From the NCBI GenBank assembly GCA_964019425.1, contig OZ025798.1, positions 620,001 to 684,000 of the forward strand: 64,000 bases of DNA, read 5' to 3'. Positions 11,296 through 23,500 of the stretch are shown here, piece by piece. The translations under genes were made by a program, and so were the position numbers. Under the pieces are notes generated by a model. The model was not told where the DNA came from. It did no database searches and saw only the letters and a list, made by a program, of their open reading frames with translations. The stretch comes from Flectonema sp. DT1601 (lineage: Eukaryota). Within the stretch, counting starts at the first letter, position 1. Every line of letters begins with the position of its first letter.

Positions 11296-12506
11296 TTATT
11301 ACGTTTCTGTACGAAAACTGGTGGAGAAGGTTGCATATAAGGGAATGGAGTCTAAAATTGCAACGCCACGCAACTTGAAAAACGAGCAGAAACCAATAAA
11401 TCAGTGTCTTTTGCAAAAACACGGATTGGATGCTGAATAGTGATTAAGAAAATCGCACAACTATAATAAGGTCAAGGAAAGATGCAATAAATATACGAAG
11501 AGACCTCGTTATTCAAAATGCAAGACTTGTAAACCCCAAAAATGAACTTCTATGACAGTCTTTATAGATCATCATGTTTATTTCCTTTCTTCGGCAAGGT
11601 GAGGCATCCCTATGAGTTAGTTGGGATATTTTGCCCGCCGAGGAAATCTTGCAGAGCAAGACTTTCTTTATTACTATTTACTTTTTTTTTTTTTGTGTGT
11701 GTAGTTGTATTCCCAACATTTATCTAAAAACATCAGTTTCGTGCGCTGCTGCGCTTGCTTACTCAACAGTGCGAAAATATATAAAAGGCATGAGAACGGT
11801 CGACGATTGCCCCTCGACAATTCGCGTTCACGATGCCGGGGGAAAAAGGGGGAAAAAAAGAAACGGGTCTTTTTGATTGGCCCCATGATTAATCAACTAT
11901 TGCGTTTAAACGCAGTGTTCACTCCTCCTCCGACAGGTCACACATGTAAAGGGGTTCTGAAGGGTTAAGATAATCCGCCGGCAGCCCGAAAACCGCAAGG
12001 GGAAAAGCTAACTAAAATAACCTACTACTAATGATGGGGAAAGGTGTCACCTCCTTATTCAGAAGAGGGATTACTTTATTTCATATCACCTCCTTATTCA
12101 GAAGAGGGATTACTTCATTTCATGTCACCTCCTTATTCAGAAGAGGGATTACTTCATTTCATATATATTAAAAATGCAAAAATAAAGCGTTGGAAAGTAC
12201 AGACATCCATGTAGAGAGGAAGAAGAGGGAGAAGGACAAGAGACATCCATGTAGAGAGGAAGAAGAGTGAGAAGGGCAAGAGGGATTAATATAGAGAGGA
12301 AGAAGAGGGAAAAGGGCAAGAGGGATTAATATAAAAAGGAAGGTATTTGATTCTTCTGGATCGATTCCATTGTGCGCACGAGGTGGGTGCATCTTATGGG
12401 GATGACTATTAATGCCTTTGGTCATATTCGTGTTAAAGACGTATTGCGGATCAATCAAGCAATACTAACAGTCAGCCACAAAAACCGCACCATGGCAAGT
12501 GGTTTC

Positions 12507-15500
12507 CTACAGTCTCAATACTTCAAATGAAGGGTCCATTGGGTTGTTTTCGTTTCCTGCGTCAATAGTATGCATGAAATCAAGAAATTTAACTTCTTCA
12601 TCAGACTTCTTTTTCATCACAACGGCACCGATCACAGCTGCACAAGCGCACAGCACACCGAGTGCAACTAAAAGCCAGATCCACCAGTTGTCAGTGCTGC
12701 TGTCATCCGGATCCCCCGTCCCGGCTCCCAGTTCCGGTGATATCGTCTGATAACCACCTGCAGGTGCGTCGGTACCCGGAACAGGAGTAGCAGTACTTCC
12801 AAGTGGTGCCATGGTGGTAGGAACAGGTGTTTTAGCCGCTGGTACTGCGGTGCCCGGAACAGGAGTAGAGGTACTTCCAGGTGGTGAAATAGTTGTGAGG
12901 GCAGGTGCACTGGTTGGCTTCACAACAGCAGCTGGTACTGCGGTGCCCGGAACAGGGGTGGCGGTACTTCCAGGTGGTGACATAGTTGTGAGGGAAGGTT
13001 CGCTAGTTGGCTTAACAGGTGTTGTTGGCACCGCGGTTCCCGGAACAGGGGTGGAGGTGCTTCCAGGTGGTGAAATAGTTGTGAGGGAAGGTTCGCTAGT
13101 TGGCTTAACAGGTGTTGTTGGCACCGCGGTTCCCGGAACAGGGGTGGAGGTGCTTCCAGGCGGTGACATAGTTGTGAGAGCAGGTGCACTGGTTGGCTTC
13201 ACAACAGCTACTGGTACTGCGGTTCCCGGAACAGGAGTAGAGGTACTTCCAGGTGGTGACATAGTTGTGAGGGAAGGCTCGCTTGTTGGCTTAACAGGTG
13301 TTGTTGGCACCGCGGTTCCCGGAACAGGGGTGGCGGTGCTACCAGGTGGTGAAATAGTTGTGAGGGCAGGTGCACTGGTAGGCTTCACAACAGCAGCTGG
13401 TACTGCGGTTCCCGGAACAGGGGTGGCGGTACTTCCTGGTGGTGAAATAGTTGTGAGGGAAGGTGCACTGGTTGGCTTCACAACAGCAGCTGGTACTGCG
13501 GTGCCCGGAACAGGGGTGGCGGTACTTCCAGGTGGTGAAATAGTTGTGAGGGCAGGTGCACTGGTTGGCTTCACAACAGCAGCTGGTACTGCGGTTCCCG
13601 GAACAGGGGTGGCGGTACTTCCTGGTGGTGAAATAGTTGTGAGGGCAGGTGCACTGGTTGGCTTCACAACAGCAGCTGGTACTGCGGTTCCCGGAACAGG
13701 GGTGGCGGTACTTCCTGGAGGTGAAATAGTTGTGAGGGCAGGTGCACTGGTTGGCTTCACAACAGCAGCTGGTACTGCGGTGCCCGGAACAGGGGTGGCG
13801 GTACTTCCTGGTGGTGAAATAGTTGTGAGGGCAGGTGCACTGGTTGGCTTCACAACAGCAGCTGGTACTGCGGTTCCCGGAACAGGGGTGGCGGTACTTC
13901 CAGGTGGTGAAATAGTTGTGAGGGCAGGTGCACTGGTAGGCTTCACAACAGCAGTTGGTACTGCGGTTCCCGGAACAGGGGTGGCGGTACTTCCAGGTGG
14001 TGAAATAGTTGTGAGGGCAGGTGCACTGGTAGGCTTCACAACAGCAGTTGGTACTGCGGTTCCCGGAACAGGGGTGGCGGTACTTCCAGGTGGTGAAATA
14101 GTTGTGAGGGCAGGTGCACTGGTTGGCTTCACAACAGCAGCTGGTACTGCGGTTCCCGGAACAGGGGTGGCGGTACTTCCAGGTGGTGAAATAGTTGTGA
14201 GGGCAGGTGCACTGGTTGGCTTCACAACAGCAGCTGGTACTGCGGTTCCCGGAACAGGGGTGGCGGTGCTTCCTGGTGGTGAAATAGTTGTGAGGGCAGG
14301 TGCACTGGTAGGCTTCACAACAGCAGCTGGTACTGCGGTTCCCGGAACAGGGGTGGCGGTACTTCCAGGTGGTGAAATAGTTGTTAGGGCAGGTGCACTA
14401 GTTGGCTTCACAACAGCAGGTGCCGCGGTAGGCATAGCTGTGGTTGGCACAGATGTTGTTGGCACAGAGGTGTCTGGCACAGATGTTGGCATAGCTGTGG
14501 TTGGCACAGATGTTGTTGGCACAGAGGTGTCTGGCACAGATGTTGGCATAGCTGTGGTTGGTACAGATGTTGTTGGCACAGACGTGTCTGGCACAGATGT
14601 TGGCACAGATGTTGCTGGCACAGACGTGTCTGGCACAGATGTTGGCACAGATGTTGTTGGCACAGACGTGTCTGGCACAGATGTAGGCACAGAGGTGTCT
14701 GGCACAGATGTTGGCACAGCGGTGTCTGGCACAGATGTTGTTGGCACAGAGGTGTCTGGCACAGATGTTGGCACAGCGGTGTCTGGCACAGATGTTGTTG
14801 GCACAGAGGTGTCTGGCACAGATGTTGGCACAGCTGTGGTTGGCACAGATGTTGTTGGCACAGAGGTGTCTGGCACAGATGTTGGCACAGCGGTGTCTGG
14901 CACAGATGTTGTTGGCACAGACGTGTCTGGCACAGATGTAGGCACAGCGGTGTCTGGCACAGATGTTGGCACAGCGGTGTCTGGCACAGATGTTGTTGGC
15001 ACAGAGGTGTCTGGCACAGATGTTGGCACAGCTGTGGTTGGCACAGATGTTGTTGGCACAGAGGTGTCTGGCACAGATGTAGGCACAGCGGTGTCTGGCA
15101 CAGATGTTGTTGGCACAGAGGTGTCTGGCACAGATGTTGGCACAGCGGTGTCTGGCACAGATGTTGTTGGCACAGACGTGTCTGGCACAGATGTAGGCAC
15201 AGCGGTGTCTGGCACAGATGTTGTTGGCACAGAGGTGTCTGGCACAGATGTTGGCACAGCGGTGTCTGGCACAGATGTTGTTGGCACAGAGGTGTCTGGC
15301 ACAGATGTTGGCACAGCTGTGGTTGGTACTGAGGTAGGCACTACATCAGAACAGATGTCCGGGTGCTTCGCCAACAACGATGCGTCAGGCTCGATGAGAC
15401 CACCAGATCCCCTCTCAAATGGCTTGGTACCGACCCAGTATCCCTGTCCTCTCTCTCCGTACTGGCATCCGATCTCCCACCACTTTCCGTTCCATCCGTA

Positions 15501-18500
15501 AGGACCCGGGGATGGGCATTCCACAGCAGCGCATCCGATAGCGTAGATATTCGAGGAACTCATCTGAGTGTAGTGGGAAGTAACTCCACCTCTGGAGGAA
15601 TCAGACGCCCAGTTGTAGTCATCCTTCTCATCCCACCAAGACTGTCCGAGGTAACCCACGATACCGTCAATTGGGTCTTCACATGCAGTACCCGCACAGT
15701 AGGCAAGGTTCTCTCCGAGGAACTCGTATCCACCGACATTCTTCCTGTATCCATCCTGGTCAGAGTGCGGCCAGTTGCTGTTACATCTGGCGAGCCAGTT
15801 GTACATGTTTGTGGCAATAGCGGAGTCCCATCTCACTTTGTACATATCCTTCGCTGGTGGCTGGGTGTTGGCCCTCCACTCGTTGTGCTTGTCAAGGATG
15901 GCCTGCTCCCACTTGTTCTGCGGGCATCCAGCTCCAGAAGGAGTTCCTGCTGGTGGAGTTGGTGGTGTTGGTGCAGGTGGACTTGGTGCAGGTGGAGTTG
16001 GTGCAGGTGGGGTCGGTGCACCGGCCTGACAGATGTCCGGGTGCTTCGCCAACAATGATGCGGCAGGCTCGATGAGACCACCAGATCCCCTCTCAAATGG
16101 CTTGGTACCGACCCAGTATCCCTGTCCTCTCTCTCCGTACTGGCATCCGATCTCCCACCACTTTCCGTTCCATCCGTAAGGACCTGGGGATGGGCATTCC
16201 ACAGCAGCGCATCCGATAGCGTAGATATTCGAGGAACTCATCTGAGTGTAGTGGGAAGTAACTCCACCTCTGGAGGAATCAGACGCCCAGTTGTAGTCAT
16301 CCTTCTCATCCCACCAAGACTGTCCAAGGTAACCCACGATACCGTCAATTGGATCTTCACATGCAGTACCCGCACAGTAGGCAAGGTTCTCTCCGAGGAA
16401 CTCGTATCCACCGACATTCTTCCTGTATCCATCTTGGTCAGAGTGCGGCCAGTTGCTGTTACATCTGGCGAGCCAGTTGTACATGTTTGTGGCAATAGCG
16501 GAGTCCCATCTCACCTTGTACATGTCCTTCGCTGGTGGCTGGGTGTTGGCCCTCCACTCGTTGTGCTTGTCAAGGATAGCCTGCTCCCACTTGTTCTGCG
16601 GGCATCCAGCTCCAGAAGGAGTTCCTGCTGGTGGAGTTGGTGGAGTTGGTGGTGTTGGTGCAGGTGGGGTCGGTGCAGGTGGAGTTGGTGCAGGTGGGGT
16701 CGGTGCACCGGCCTGACAGATGTCCGGGTGCTTCGCCAACAACGATGCGTCAGGCTCGATGAGACCACCAGATCCCCTCTCAAATGGCTTGGTACCGACC
16801 CAGTATCCCTGTCCTCTCTCTCCGTACTGGCATCCGATCTCCCACCACTTTCCGTTCCATCCGTAAGGACCTGGGGATGGGCATTCCACAGCAGCGCATC
16901 CGATAGCGTAGATATTCGAGGAACTCATCTGAGTGTAGTGGGAAGTAACTCCACCTCTGGAGGAATCAGACGCCCAGTTGTAGTCATCCTTCTCATCCCA
17001 CCAAGACTGTCCGAGGTAACCCACGATACCGTCAATTGGGTCTTCACATGCAGTACCCGCACAGTAGGCAAGGTTCTCTCCGAGGAACTCGTATCCACCG
17101 ACATTCTTCCTGTATCCATCCTGGTCAGAGTGCGGCCAGTTGCTGTTACATCTGGCGAGCCAGTTGTACATGTTTGTGGCAATAGCGGAGTCCCATCTCA
17201 CTTTGTACATATCCTTCGCTGGTGGCTGGGTGTTGGCCCTCCACTCGTTGTGCTTGTCAAGGATGGCCTGCTCCCACTTGTTCTGCGGGCATCCAGCTCC
17301 AGAAGGAGTTCCTGCTGGTGGAGTTGGTGGTGTTGGTGCAGGTGGACTTGGTGCAGGTGGAGTTGGTGCAGGTGGGGTCGGTGCACCGGCCTGACAGATG
17401 TCCGGGTGCTTCGCCAACAATGATGCGGCAGGCTCGATGAGACCACCAGATCCCCTCTCAAATGGCTTGGTACCGACCCAGTATCCCTGTCCTCTCTCTC
17501 CGTACTGGCATCCGATCTCCCACCACTTTCCGTTCCATCCGTAAGGACCTGGGGATGGGCATTCCACAGCAGCGCATCCGATAGCGTAGATATTCGAGGA
17601 ACTCATCTGAGTGTAGTGGGAAGTAACTCCACCTCTGGAGGAATCAGACGCCCAGTTGTAGTCATCCTTCTCATCCCACCAAGACTGTCCAAGGTAACCC
17701 ACGATACCGTCAATTGGATCTTCACATGCAGTACCCGCACAGTAGGCAAGGTTCTCTCCGAGGAACTCGTATCCACCGACATTCTTCCTGTATCCATCTT
17801 GGTCAGAGTGCGGCCAGTTGCTGTTACATCTGGCGAGCCAGTTGTACATGTTTGTGGCAATAGCGGAGTCCCATCTCACCTTGTACATGTCCTTCGCTGG
17901 TGGCTGGGTGTTGGCCCTCCACTCGTTGTGCTTGTCAAGGATAGCCTGCTCCCACTTGTTCTGCGGGCATCCAGCTCCAGAAGGAGTTCCTGCTGGTGGA
18001 GTTGGTGGAGTTGGTGGTGTTGGTGCAGGTGGGGTCGGTGCAGGTGGAGTTGGTGCAGGTGGGGTCGGTGCACCGGCCTGACAGATGTCCGGGTGCTTCG
18101 CCAACAACGATGCGTCAGGCTCGATGAGACCACCAGATCCCCTCTCAAATGGCTTGGTACCGACCCAGTATCCCTGTCCTCTCTCTCCGTACTGGCATCC
18201 GATCTCCCACCACTTTCCGTTCCATCCGTAAGGACCTGGGGATGGGCATTCCACAGCAGCGCATCCGATAGCGTAGATATTCGAGGAACTCATCTGAGTG
18301 TAGTGGGAAGTAACTCCACCTCTGGAGGAATCAGACGCCCAGTTGTAGTCATCCTTCTCATCCCACCAAGACTGTCCGAGGTAACCCACGATACCGTCAA
18401 TTGGGTCTTCACATGCAGTACCCGCACAGTAGGCAAGGTTCTCTCCGAGGAACTCGTATCCACCGACATTCTTCCTGTATCTATCTTGGTCAGAGTGCGG

Positions 18501-19379
18501 CCAGCTGCTGTCACATCTGGCGAGCCAGTTGTACATGTTTGTGGCAATAGCGGAGTCCCATCTCACTTTGTACATGTCCTTCGCTGGTGGCTGGGTGTTG
18601 GCCCTCCACTCGTTGTGCTTGTCAAGGATGGCCTGCTCCCACTTGTTCTGCGGGCATCCAGCTCCAGAAGGAGTTCCTGCTGGTGGAGTTGGTGGTGTTG
18701 GTGCAGGTGGACTTGGTGCAGGTGGAGTTGGTGCAGGTGGAGATGGTGGTGGTGGTGCTCCAGCTCCGCAGATGTCCGGGTGCTTCGCCAACAACGATGC
18801 GTCAGGCTCGATGAGACCACCAGATCCACTCTCAAATGGCTTGGTACCGACCCAGTATCCCTGTCCTCTCTCTCCGTACTGGCATCCGATCTCCCACCAC
18901 TTTCCGTTCCATCCGTAAGGACCTGGGGATGGGCATTCCACAGCAGCGCATCCGATAGCGTAGATATTCGAGGAACTCATCTGAGTGTAGTGGGAAGTAA
19001 CTCCACCTCTGGAGGAATCAGACGCCCAGTTGTAGTCATCCTTCTCATCCCACCAAGACTGTCCGAGGTAACCCACGATACCGTCAATTGGGTCTTCACA
19101 TGCAGTACCCGCACAGTAGGCAAGGTTCTCTCCGAGGAACTCGTATCCACCGACATTCTTCCTGTATCCATCTTGGTCAGAGTGCGGCCAGTTGCTGTTA
19201 CATCTGGCGAGCCAGTTGTACATGTTTGTGGCAATAGTGGAGTCCCATCTCACTTTGTACATGTCCTTCGCTGGTGGCTGGGTGTTGGCCCTCCACTCGT
19301 TGTGCTTGTCAAGGATAGCCTGCTCCCACTTGTTACTGGGGCATCCGGCCACTGCCAGACCTGCCAGCAGCACGTTCAT
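12507..19379 (-). CDS. CAP-repeat type-I membrane protein, 6 CAP domains, very long mucin-like stalk (2290 aa)
   Basis: Same architecture as 5684-11263. Expanded PDTSVP/PDTAVP region and about 17 copies of the 30-aa (90-bp) VVKPTSAPALTTISPPGSTATPVPGTAVPA repeat. Confidence 0.93.
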   Translation of the reverse strand: MNVLLAGLAVAGCPSNKWEQAILDKHNEWRANTQPPAKDMYKVRWDSTIATNMYNWLARCNSNWPHSDQDGYRKNVGGYEFLGENLAYCAGTACEDPIDGIVGYLGQSWWDEKDDYNWASDSSRGGVTSHYTQMSSSNIYAIGCAAVECPSPGPYGWNGKWWEIGCQYGERGQGYWVGTKPFESGSGGLIEPDASLLAKHPDICGAGAPPPPSPPAPTPPAPSPPAPTPPTPPAGTPSGAGCPQNKWEQAILDKHNEWRANTQPPAKDMYKVRWDSAIATNMYNWLARCDSSWPHSDQDRYRKNVGGYEFLGENLAYCAGTACEDPIDGIVGYLGQSWWDEKDDYNWASDSSRGGVTSHYTQMSSSNIYAIGCAAVECPSPGPYGWNGKWWEIGCQYGERGQGYWVGTKPFERGSGGLIEPDASLLAKHPDICQAGAPTPPAPTPPAPTPPAPTPPTPPTPPAGTPSGAGCPQNKWEQAILDKHNEWRANTQPPAKDMYKVRWDSAIATNMYNWLARCNSNWPHSDQDGYRKNVGGYEFLGENLAYCAGTACEDPIDGIVGYLGQSWWDEKDDYNWASDSSRGGVTSHYTQMSSSNIYAIGCAAVECPSPGPYGWNGKWWEIGCQYGERGQGYWVGTKPFERGSGGLIEPAASLLAKHPDICQAGAPTPPAPTPPAPSPPAPTPPTPPAGTPSGAGCPQNKWEQAILDKHNEWRANTQPPAKDMYKVRWDSAIATNMYNWLARCNSNWPHSDQDGYRKNVGGYEFLGENLAYCAGTACEDPIDGIVGYLGQSWWDEKDDYNWASDSSRGGVTSHYTQMSSSNIYAIGCAAVECPSPGPYGWNGKWWEIGCQYGERGQGYWVGTKPFERGSGGLIEPDASLLAKHPDICQAGAPTPPAPTPPAPTPPAPTPPTPPTPPAGTPSGAGCPQNKWEQAILDKHNEWRANTQPPAKDMYKVRWDSAIATNMYNWLARCNSNWPHSDQDGYRKNVGGYEFLGENLAYCAGTACEDPIDGIVGYLGQSWWDEKDDYNWASDSSRGGVTSHYTQMSSSNIYAIGCAAVECPSPGPYGWNGKWWEIGCQYGERGQGYWVGTKPFERGSGGLIEPAASLLAKHPDICQAGAPTPPAPTPPAPSPPAPTPPTPPAGTPSGAGCPQNKWEQAILDKHNEWRANTQPPAKDMYKVRWDSAIATNMYNWLARCNSNWPHSDQDGYRKNVGGYEFLGENLAYCAGTACEDPIDGIVGYLGQSWWDEKDDYNWASDSSRGGVTSHYTQMSSSNIYAIGCAAVECPSPGPYGWNGKWWEIGCQYGERGQGYWVGTKPFERGSGGLIEPDASLLAKHPDICSDVVPTSVPTTAVPTSVPDTSVPTTSVPDTAVPTSVPDTSVPTTSVPDTAVPTSVPDTSVPTTSVPDTAVPTSVPDTSVPTTSVPDTAVPTSVPDTSVPTTSVPTTAVPTSVPDTSVPTTSVPDTAVPTSVPDTAVPTSVPDTSVPTTSVPDTAVPTSVPDTSVPTTSVPTTAVPTSVPDTSVPTTSVPDTAVPTSVPDTSVPTTSVPDTAVPTSVPDTSVPTSVPDTSVPTTSVPTSVPDTSVPATSVPTSVPDTSVPTTSVPTTAMPTSVPDTSVPTTSVPTTAMPTSVPDTSVPTTSVPTTAMPTAAPAVVKPTSAPALTTISPPGSTATPVPGTAVPAAVVKPTSAPALTTISPPGSTATPVPGTAVPAAVVKPTSAPALTTISPPGSTATPVPGTAVPAAVVKPTSAPALTTISPPGSTATPVPGTAVPTAVVKPTSAPALTTISPPGSTATPVPGTAVPTAVVKPTSAPALTTISPPGSTATPVPGTAVPAAVVKPTSAPALTTISPPGSTATPVPGTAVPAAVVKPTSAPALTTISPPGSTATPVPGTAVPAAVVKPTSAPALTTISPPGSTATPVPGTAVPAAVVKPTSAPALTTISPPGSTATPVPGTAVPAAVVKPTSAPSLTTISPPGSTATPVPGTAVPAAVVKPTSAPALTTISPPGSTATPVPGTAVPTTPVKPTSEPSLTTMSPPGSTSTPVPGTAVPVAVVKPTSAPALTTMSPPGSTSTPVPGTAVPTTPVKPTSEPSLTTISPPGSTSTPVPGTAVPTTPVKPTSEPSLTTMSPPGSTATPVPGTAVPAAVVKPTSAPALTTISPPGSTSTPVPGTAVPAAKTPVPTTMAPLGSTATPVPGTDAPAGGYQTISPELGAGTGDPDDSSTDNWWIWLLVALGVLCACAAVIGAVVMKKKSDEEVKFLDFMHTIDAGNENNPMDPSFEVLRL

Positions 19380-20571
19380 TATTTTAGTAATGCTGAATTA
19401 TGGAAAAGGGTTTATTACGTTTCTGTACGAAAACTGGTGGAGAAGGTTGCATATAAGGGAATGGAGTCTAAAATTGCAACGCCACGCAACTTGAAAAACG
19501 AGCAGATAACCAATAAATCAGTGTCTTTTGCAAAAACGGATGCTGAATAGTGATTAAGAAAATCGCACAACCATAATAAGGTCAAGGAAAGATGCAATAA
19601 ATATACGAAGAGACCTCGTTATTCAAAATGCAAGACTTGTAAACCCCAAAAATGAACTTCTATGACAGTCTTTATAGATCATCATGTTTATTTCCTTTCT
19701 TCGGCAAGGTGAGGCATCCCTATGAGTTAGTTGGGATATTTTGCCCGCCGAGGAAATCTTGCAGAGCAAGACTTTCTTTATTACTATTTACTTTTTTTTT
19801 TTGTGTGTGTGTAGTTGTATTCCCAACATTTATCCAAGTAATCTTTCTTTATTACTCTTTTTTTTTTTTTTTTTTTGTGTGTGTGGTTGTATTCCCAACA
19901 TTTATCTAAAAACATCAGTTTCGTGCGCTGCTGCGCTTGCTTACTCAACAGTGCGAAAAATGTAAAAGGCATGAGAACGGTCGACGATTGCCCCTCGACA
20001 ATTCGCGTTCACGATGCCGGGGGAAAAAGGGGGAAAAAAAGAAACGGGTCTTTTTGAATGGCCCCATGATTAATTAAGTATTGCGTTTAAACGCAGTGTT
20101 CACTCCTCCTCCGACAGGTCACACATGTAAATTAAAGGGGTTCTGAAGGGTTAAGATAATCCGCCGGCAGCCCGAAAACCGCAAGGGGAAAAACTAACTA
20201 AAATAACCTACTACTAATGATGGGGAAAGGTGTCACCTCCTTATTCAGAAGAGGGATTACTTTATTTCATATCACCTCCTTATTCAGAAGAGGGATTACT
20301 TCATTTCATATATCAAAAATGCAAAAATAAAGCGTTGGAAAGTACAGACATCCATGTAGAGAGGAAGAAGAGAGAGAAGGACAAGAGGGATTAATATAAA
20401 AAGGAAGGTATTTGATTCTTCTGGATCGATTCCATTGTGCGCACGAGGTGGGTGCATCTTATGGGGATGACTATTAATGCCGTTGGTCATATTCGTGTTA
20501 AATACGTATTGCAGATCAATCAAGCAATACTAACAGTCAGCCACAAAAACCGCACCATGGCAAGTGGTTTC

Positions 20572-23500
20572 CTACAGTCTCACTCCTTCAAATGCAGGGT
20601 CTATTGGGTTGTTTTCCTTTCCTGCGTCAACAGTATCCATGAAATCAAGAAATTGGACTCCTTCATCAGACTTCTTTTTCATCACAACGGCACCGATCAC
20701 AGCTGCACAAGCGAACAGCACACCGAGTGCAACTAAAAGCCAGATCCACCAGTTGTCAGTGCTGCTGTCATCCGAATCCCCCGTCCCGGCTCCCAGTTGC
20801 GGTGATATCGTCTGATAACCACCCGCAGGTGCGTCGGTACCCGGAACGGGAGTAGCAGTACTTCCAAGTGGTGCCATGGTGGTAGGAACAGGCGTTTTAG
20901 CCGCTGGTGCTGCGGTTCCTGGAACAGGAGTAGAGGTACTTCCAGGCGGTGACATAGTTGTGAGGGAAGGTTCGCTAGTTGGCTTTACAACAGCAGCTGG
21001 TACTGCGGTGCCCGGAACCGGAGTAGAGGTACTTCCAGGCGGTGACATAGTTGTGAGGGAAGGTTCGCTAGTTGGCTTTACAACAGCTGCTGGTACTGCG
21101 GTGCCCGGAACAGGAGTAGAGGTACTTCCAGGCGGTGTATTAGTTGTGAGGGCAGGTGCGCTGGTTGGTTTAACAGGTGTTGTTGGCACCGCGGTTCCCG
21201 GAACAGGGGTGGAGGTGCTTCCAGGTGGTGACATAGTTGTGAGAGCAGGTGCACTGGTTGGCTTCACAACAGCAACTGGTACTGCGGTTCCCGTAACAGG
21301 AGTAGGCGGGGTTGGTGCAGGTGGCGTTGGTGCAGGTGGAGTTGGTGCAGGTGGAGTAGGTGCAGGTGGCGTTGGTGCAGGTGGAGTTGGGGCAGGCGTG
21401 GTTGGTGCAGGTGGCGTTGGTGCAGGTGGAGTTGGTGCAGGCGGGGTTGGTGCAGGTGGAGTTGGTGCAGGTGGAGTTGGTGCAGGTGGAGTTGGTGCAG
21501 GTGGAGTTGGTGCAGGTGGGGTCGGTGCTCCAGCTCCGCAGATGTCCGGATGCTTCGCCAATAATGATGCGTCAGGCTCGATGAGACCACCAGATCCACT
21601 CTCAAATGGCTTGGTACCGACCCAGTATCCCTGTCCTCTCTCTCCGTACTGGCATCCGATCTCCCACCACTTTCCGTTCCATCCGTAAGGACCCGGGGAT
21701 GGGCATTCCACAGCAGCGCATCCGATAGCGTAGATATTCGAGGAACTCATCTGAGTGTAGTGGGAAGTAACTCCACCTCTGGAGGAATCAGACGCCCAGT
21801 TGTAATCATCCTTCTCATCCCACCAAGACTGTCCGAGGTAACCCACGATACCGTCAATTGGGTCTTCACATGCAGTACCCGCACAGTAGGCAAGGTTCTC
21901 TCCGAGGAACTCGTATCCACCGACATTCTTCCTGTATCCATCTTGGTCAGAGTGCGGCCAGCTGCTGTCACATCTGGCGAGCCAGTTGTACATGTTTGTG
22001 GCAATAGCGGAGTCCCATCTCACTTTGTACATGTCCTTCGCTGGTGGCTGGGTGTTGGCCCTCCACTCGTTGTGCTTGTCAAGGATGGCCTGCTCCCACT
22101 TATTCTGCGGGCATCCAGCTCCAGAAGGAGTTCCTGCTGGTGGAGTTGGTGGTGTTGGTGCAGGTGGAGTAGGTGCAGGCGGAGTTGGTGCAGGCGGAGT
22201 TGGTGCAGGTGGAGTTGGTGGTGGTGCTCCAGCTCCGCAGATATCCGGGTGCTTCGCCAACAACGATGCGTCAGGCTCGATGAGACCACCAGATCCACTC
22301 TCAAATGGCTTGGTACCGACCCAGTATCCCTGTCCTCTCTCTCCGTACTGGCATCCGATCTCCCACCACTTTCCGTTCCATCCGTAAGGACCTGGGGATG
22401 GGCATTCCACAGCAGCGCATCCGATAGCGTAGATGTTCGAGGAACTCATCTGAGTGTAGTGGGAAGTAACTCCACCTCTGGAGGAATCAGACGCCCAGTT
22501 GTAATCATCCTTCTCATCCCACCAAGACTGTCCGAGGTAACCCACGATACCGTCAATCGGGTCTTCACATGCAGTACCCGCACAGTAGGCAAGGTTCTCT
22601 CCGAGGAACTCGTATCCACCGACATTCTTCCTGTATCCATCTTGGTCAGAGTGCGGCCAGCTGCTGTCACATCTGGCGAGCCAGTTGTACATGTTTGTGG
22701 CAATAGCGGAGTCCCATCTCACTTTGTACATGTCCTTCGCTGGTGGCTGGGTGTTGGCCCTCCACTCGTTGTGCTTGTCAAGGATGGCCTGCTCCCACTT
22801 GTTCTGCGGGCATCCAGCTCCAGAAGGAGTTCCTGCTGGTGGAGTTGGTGGTGTTGGTGCAGGCGGGGTTGGTGCAGGTGGAGTTGGTGCAGGAGGTGTC
22901 GGTGCTCCAGCTCCGCAGATGTCCGGGTGCTTCGCCAACAATGATGCGGCAGGCTCGATGAGACCACCAGATCCACTCTCAAATGGCTTGGTACCGACCC
23001 AGTATCCCTGTCCTCTCTCTCCGTACTGGCATCCGATCTCCCACCACTTTCCGTTCCACCCGTAAGGACCTGGGGAAGGGCATTCCACAGCAGCGCATCC
23101 GATAGCGTAGATGTTCGAGGAACTCATCTGAGTGTAGTGGGAAGTAACTCCACCTCTGGAGGAATCAGACGCCCAGTTGTAGTCATCCTTCTCATCCCAC
23201 CAAGACTGTCCGAGGTAACCCACGATACCGTCAATTGGATCTTCACATGCAGTACCCGCACAGTAGGCAAGGTTCTCTCCGAGGAACTCGTATCCACCGA
23301 CATTCTTCCTGTATCCATCTTGGTCAGAGTGCGGCCAGCTGCTGTCACATCTGGCGAGCCAGTTGTACATGTTTGTGGCAATAGCGGAGTCCCATCTCAC
23401 TTTGTACATGTCCTTCGCTGGTGGCTGGGTGTTGGCCCTCCACTCGTTGTGCTTGTCAAGGATGGCCTGCTCCCACTTGTTCTGCGGGCATCCAGCTCCA